DNA from: Laetmonice hystrix
Taxonomy: Eukaryota
NCBI GenBank assembly: GCA_965235115.1
Contig: OZ249442.1
Span: 2,666,001-2,730,000, forward strand
Direction: 5' to 3'
DNA length: 64,000 nucleotides
The translations under genes and the position numbers were made by a program. The notes beneath the pieces are model-generated. The model had not been told where the DNA came from. It was given only the letters and a program-made list of their open reading frames with translations, and made no database searches. Positions 63,534 to 64,000 of this stretch are shown piece by piece (the stretch's first letter is position 1; every line of letters begins with the position of its first letter).

Positions 63534-64000
63534 ACTAATGAACAAACCATTTCGAGACTCGCCTATATCGTAACCAAGGAGCCCTGTGAAAGGCAAGCCA
63601 ACACTTCAGATAACCTAGAATCGTTGCGATAAGGCACGGTTCTCGTACAATACCATCGATTTATTCGTTACAAAAATAACCGTTTTCTGTTCCGTGAATA
63701 TTTTTTCAGTTAATTTTTCAAGTTAATTTGATTCATTGATATTTGCCGCGGGGAGAGATTCGGAACCCAATTTATCCACTGTTCAAATTGTTCTCCGGTT
63801 AGAGCCGGCAGGTGTTTAGTTTGGGGTCCCCCTAGAGAATAGCTTCGAGTTCACCAAATGACACGTAGATCTGGCCAGTGGATCACCGCCGTTGATCCCG
63901 TTTGGGATCAGGGAAACGGGATCAGGGGTAATGAAGATCCTCCCTTCCGCCCTGGGTTGTTCATTGGTGACGTGAGGGGCGAGTGCTGGTGCAGGAAGTG

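Noticed and set aside
8077-63573. Long repeat-derived ORFs in the track (8077, 14430, 47333, 48533, 54067, 58767, 62903 etc.) as genes
   Set aside because: They are explained by stop-free monomers, often open in several frames or on both strands, with no homology or gene structure.
1-64000. Enrichment of monomer lengths divisible by 3 as evidence of coding arrays
   Set aside because: About 13 of 28 against an expected one third is not a convincing excess.

Overview
Eukaryotic (invertebrate, probably molluscan) genomic DNA, not prokaryotic. The mollusc guess rests on the V-SINE and I-superfamily LINE types present. The only gene I can name with confidence is a minus-strand ClC-7-type chloride/proton exchanger (CLCN7-like). 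Four consecutive 5' coding exons (3713-3829, 3150-3215, 1187-1319, 448-557) splice in frame, and the gene continues off the left edge. Upstream on the same strand is a phase-consistent chain of candidate exons (about 12.4-27.9 kb) encoding an unrecognised protein; this is low confidence. About a third of the window (manual tally about 23 kb) is made of more than 30 unrelated minisatellite arrays with 11-87 bp monomers, several showing higher-order structure. Most long ORFs in the supplied track are by-products of these arrays. Mobile elements: a 5'-truncated RNase H-containing LINE, a tRNA-derived V-type SINE with a 12-bp TSD whose 3' tail resembles the LINE tail, and several MITEs. The MITEs include two neighbours with AT|AGGG...CCCT|AT ends and a 70-bp TAG..CTA element with a 10-bp TSD. 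No CRISPR array, rRNA or true tRNA gene was found. I did not find a clearly established new biological system. The most unusual leads are minisatellites that coincide with predicted splice junctions, one of which could constitute an entire intron, and a competing reading of that same array as a secreted Tyr/Gly/Asn repeat protein.
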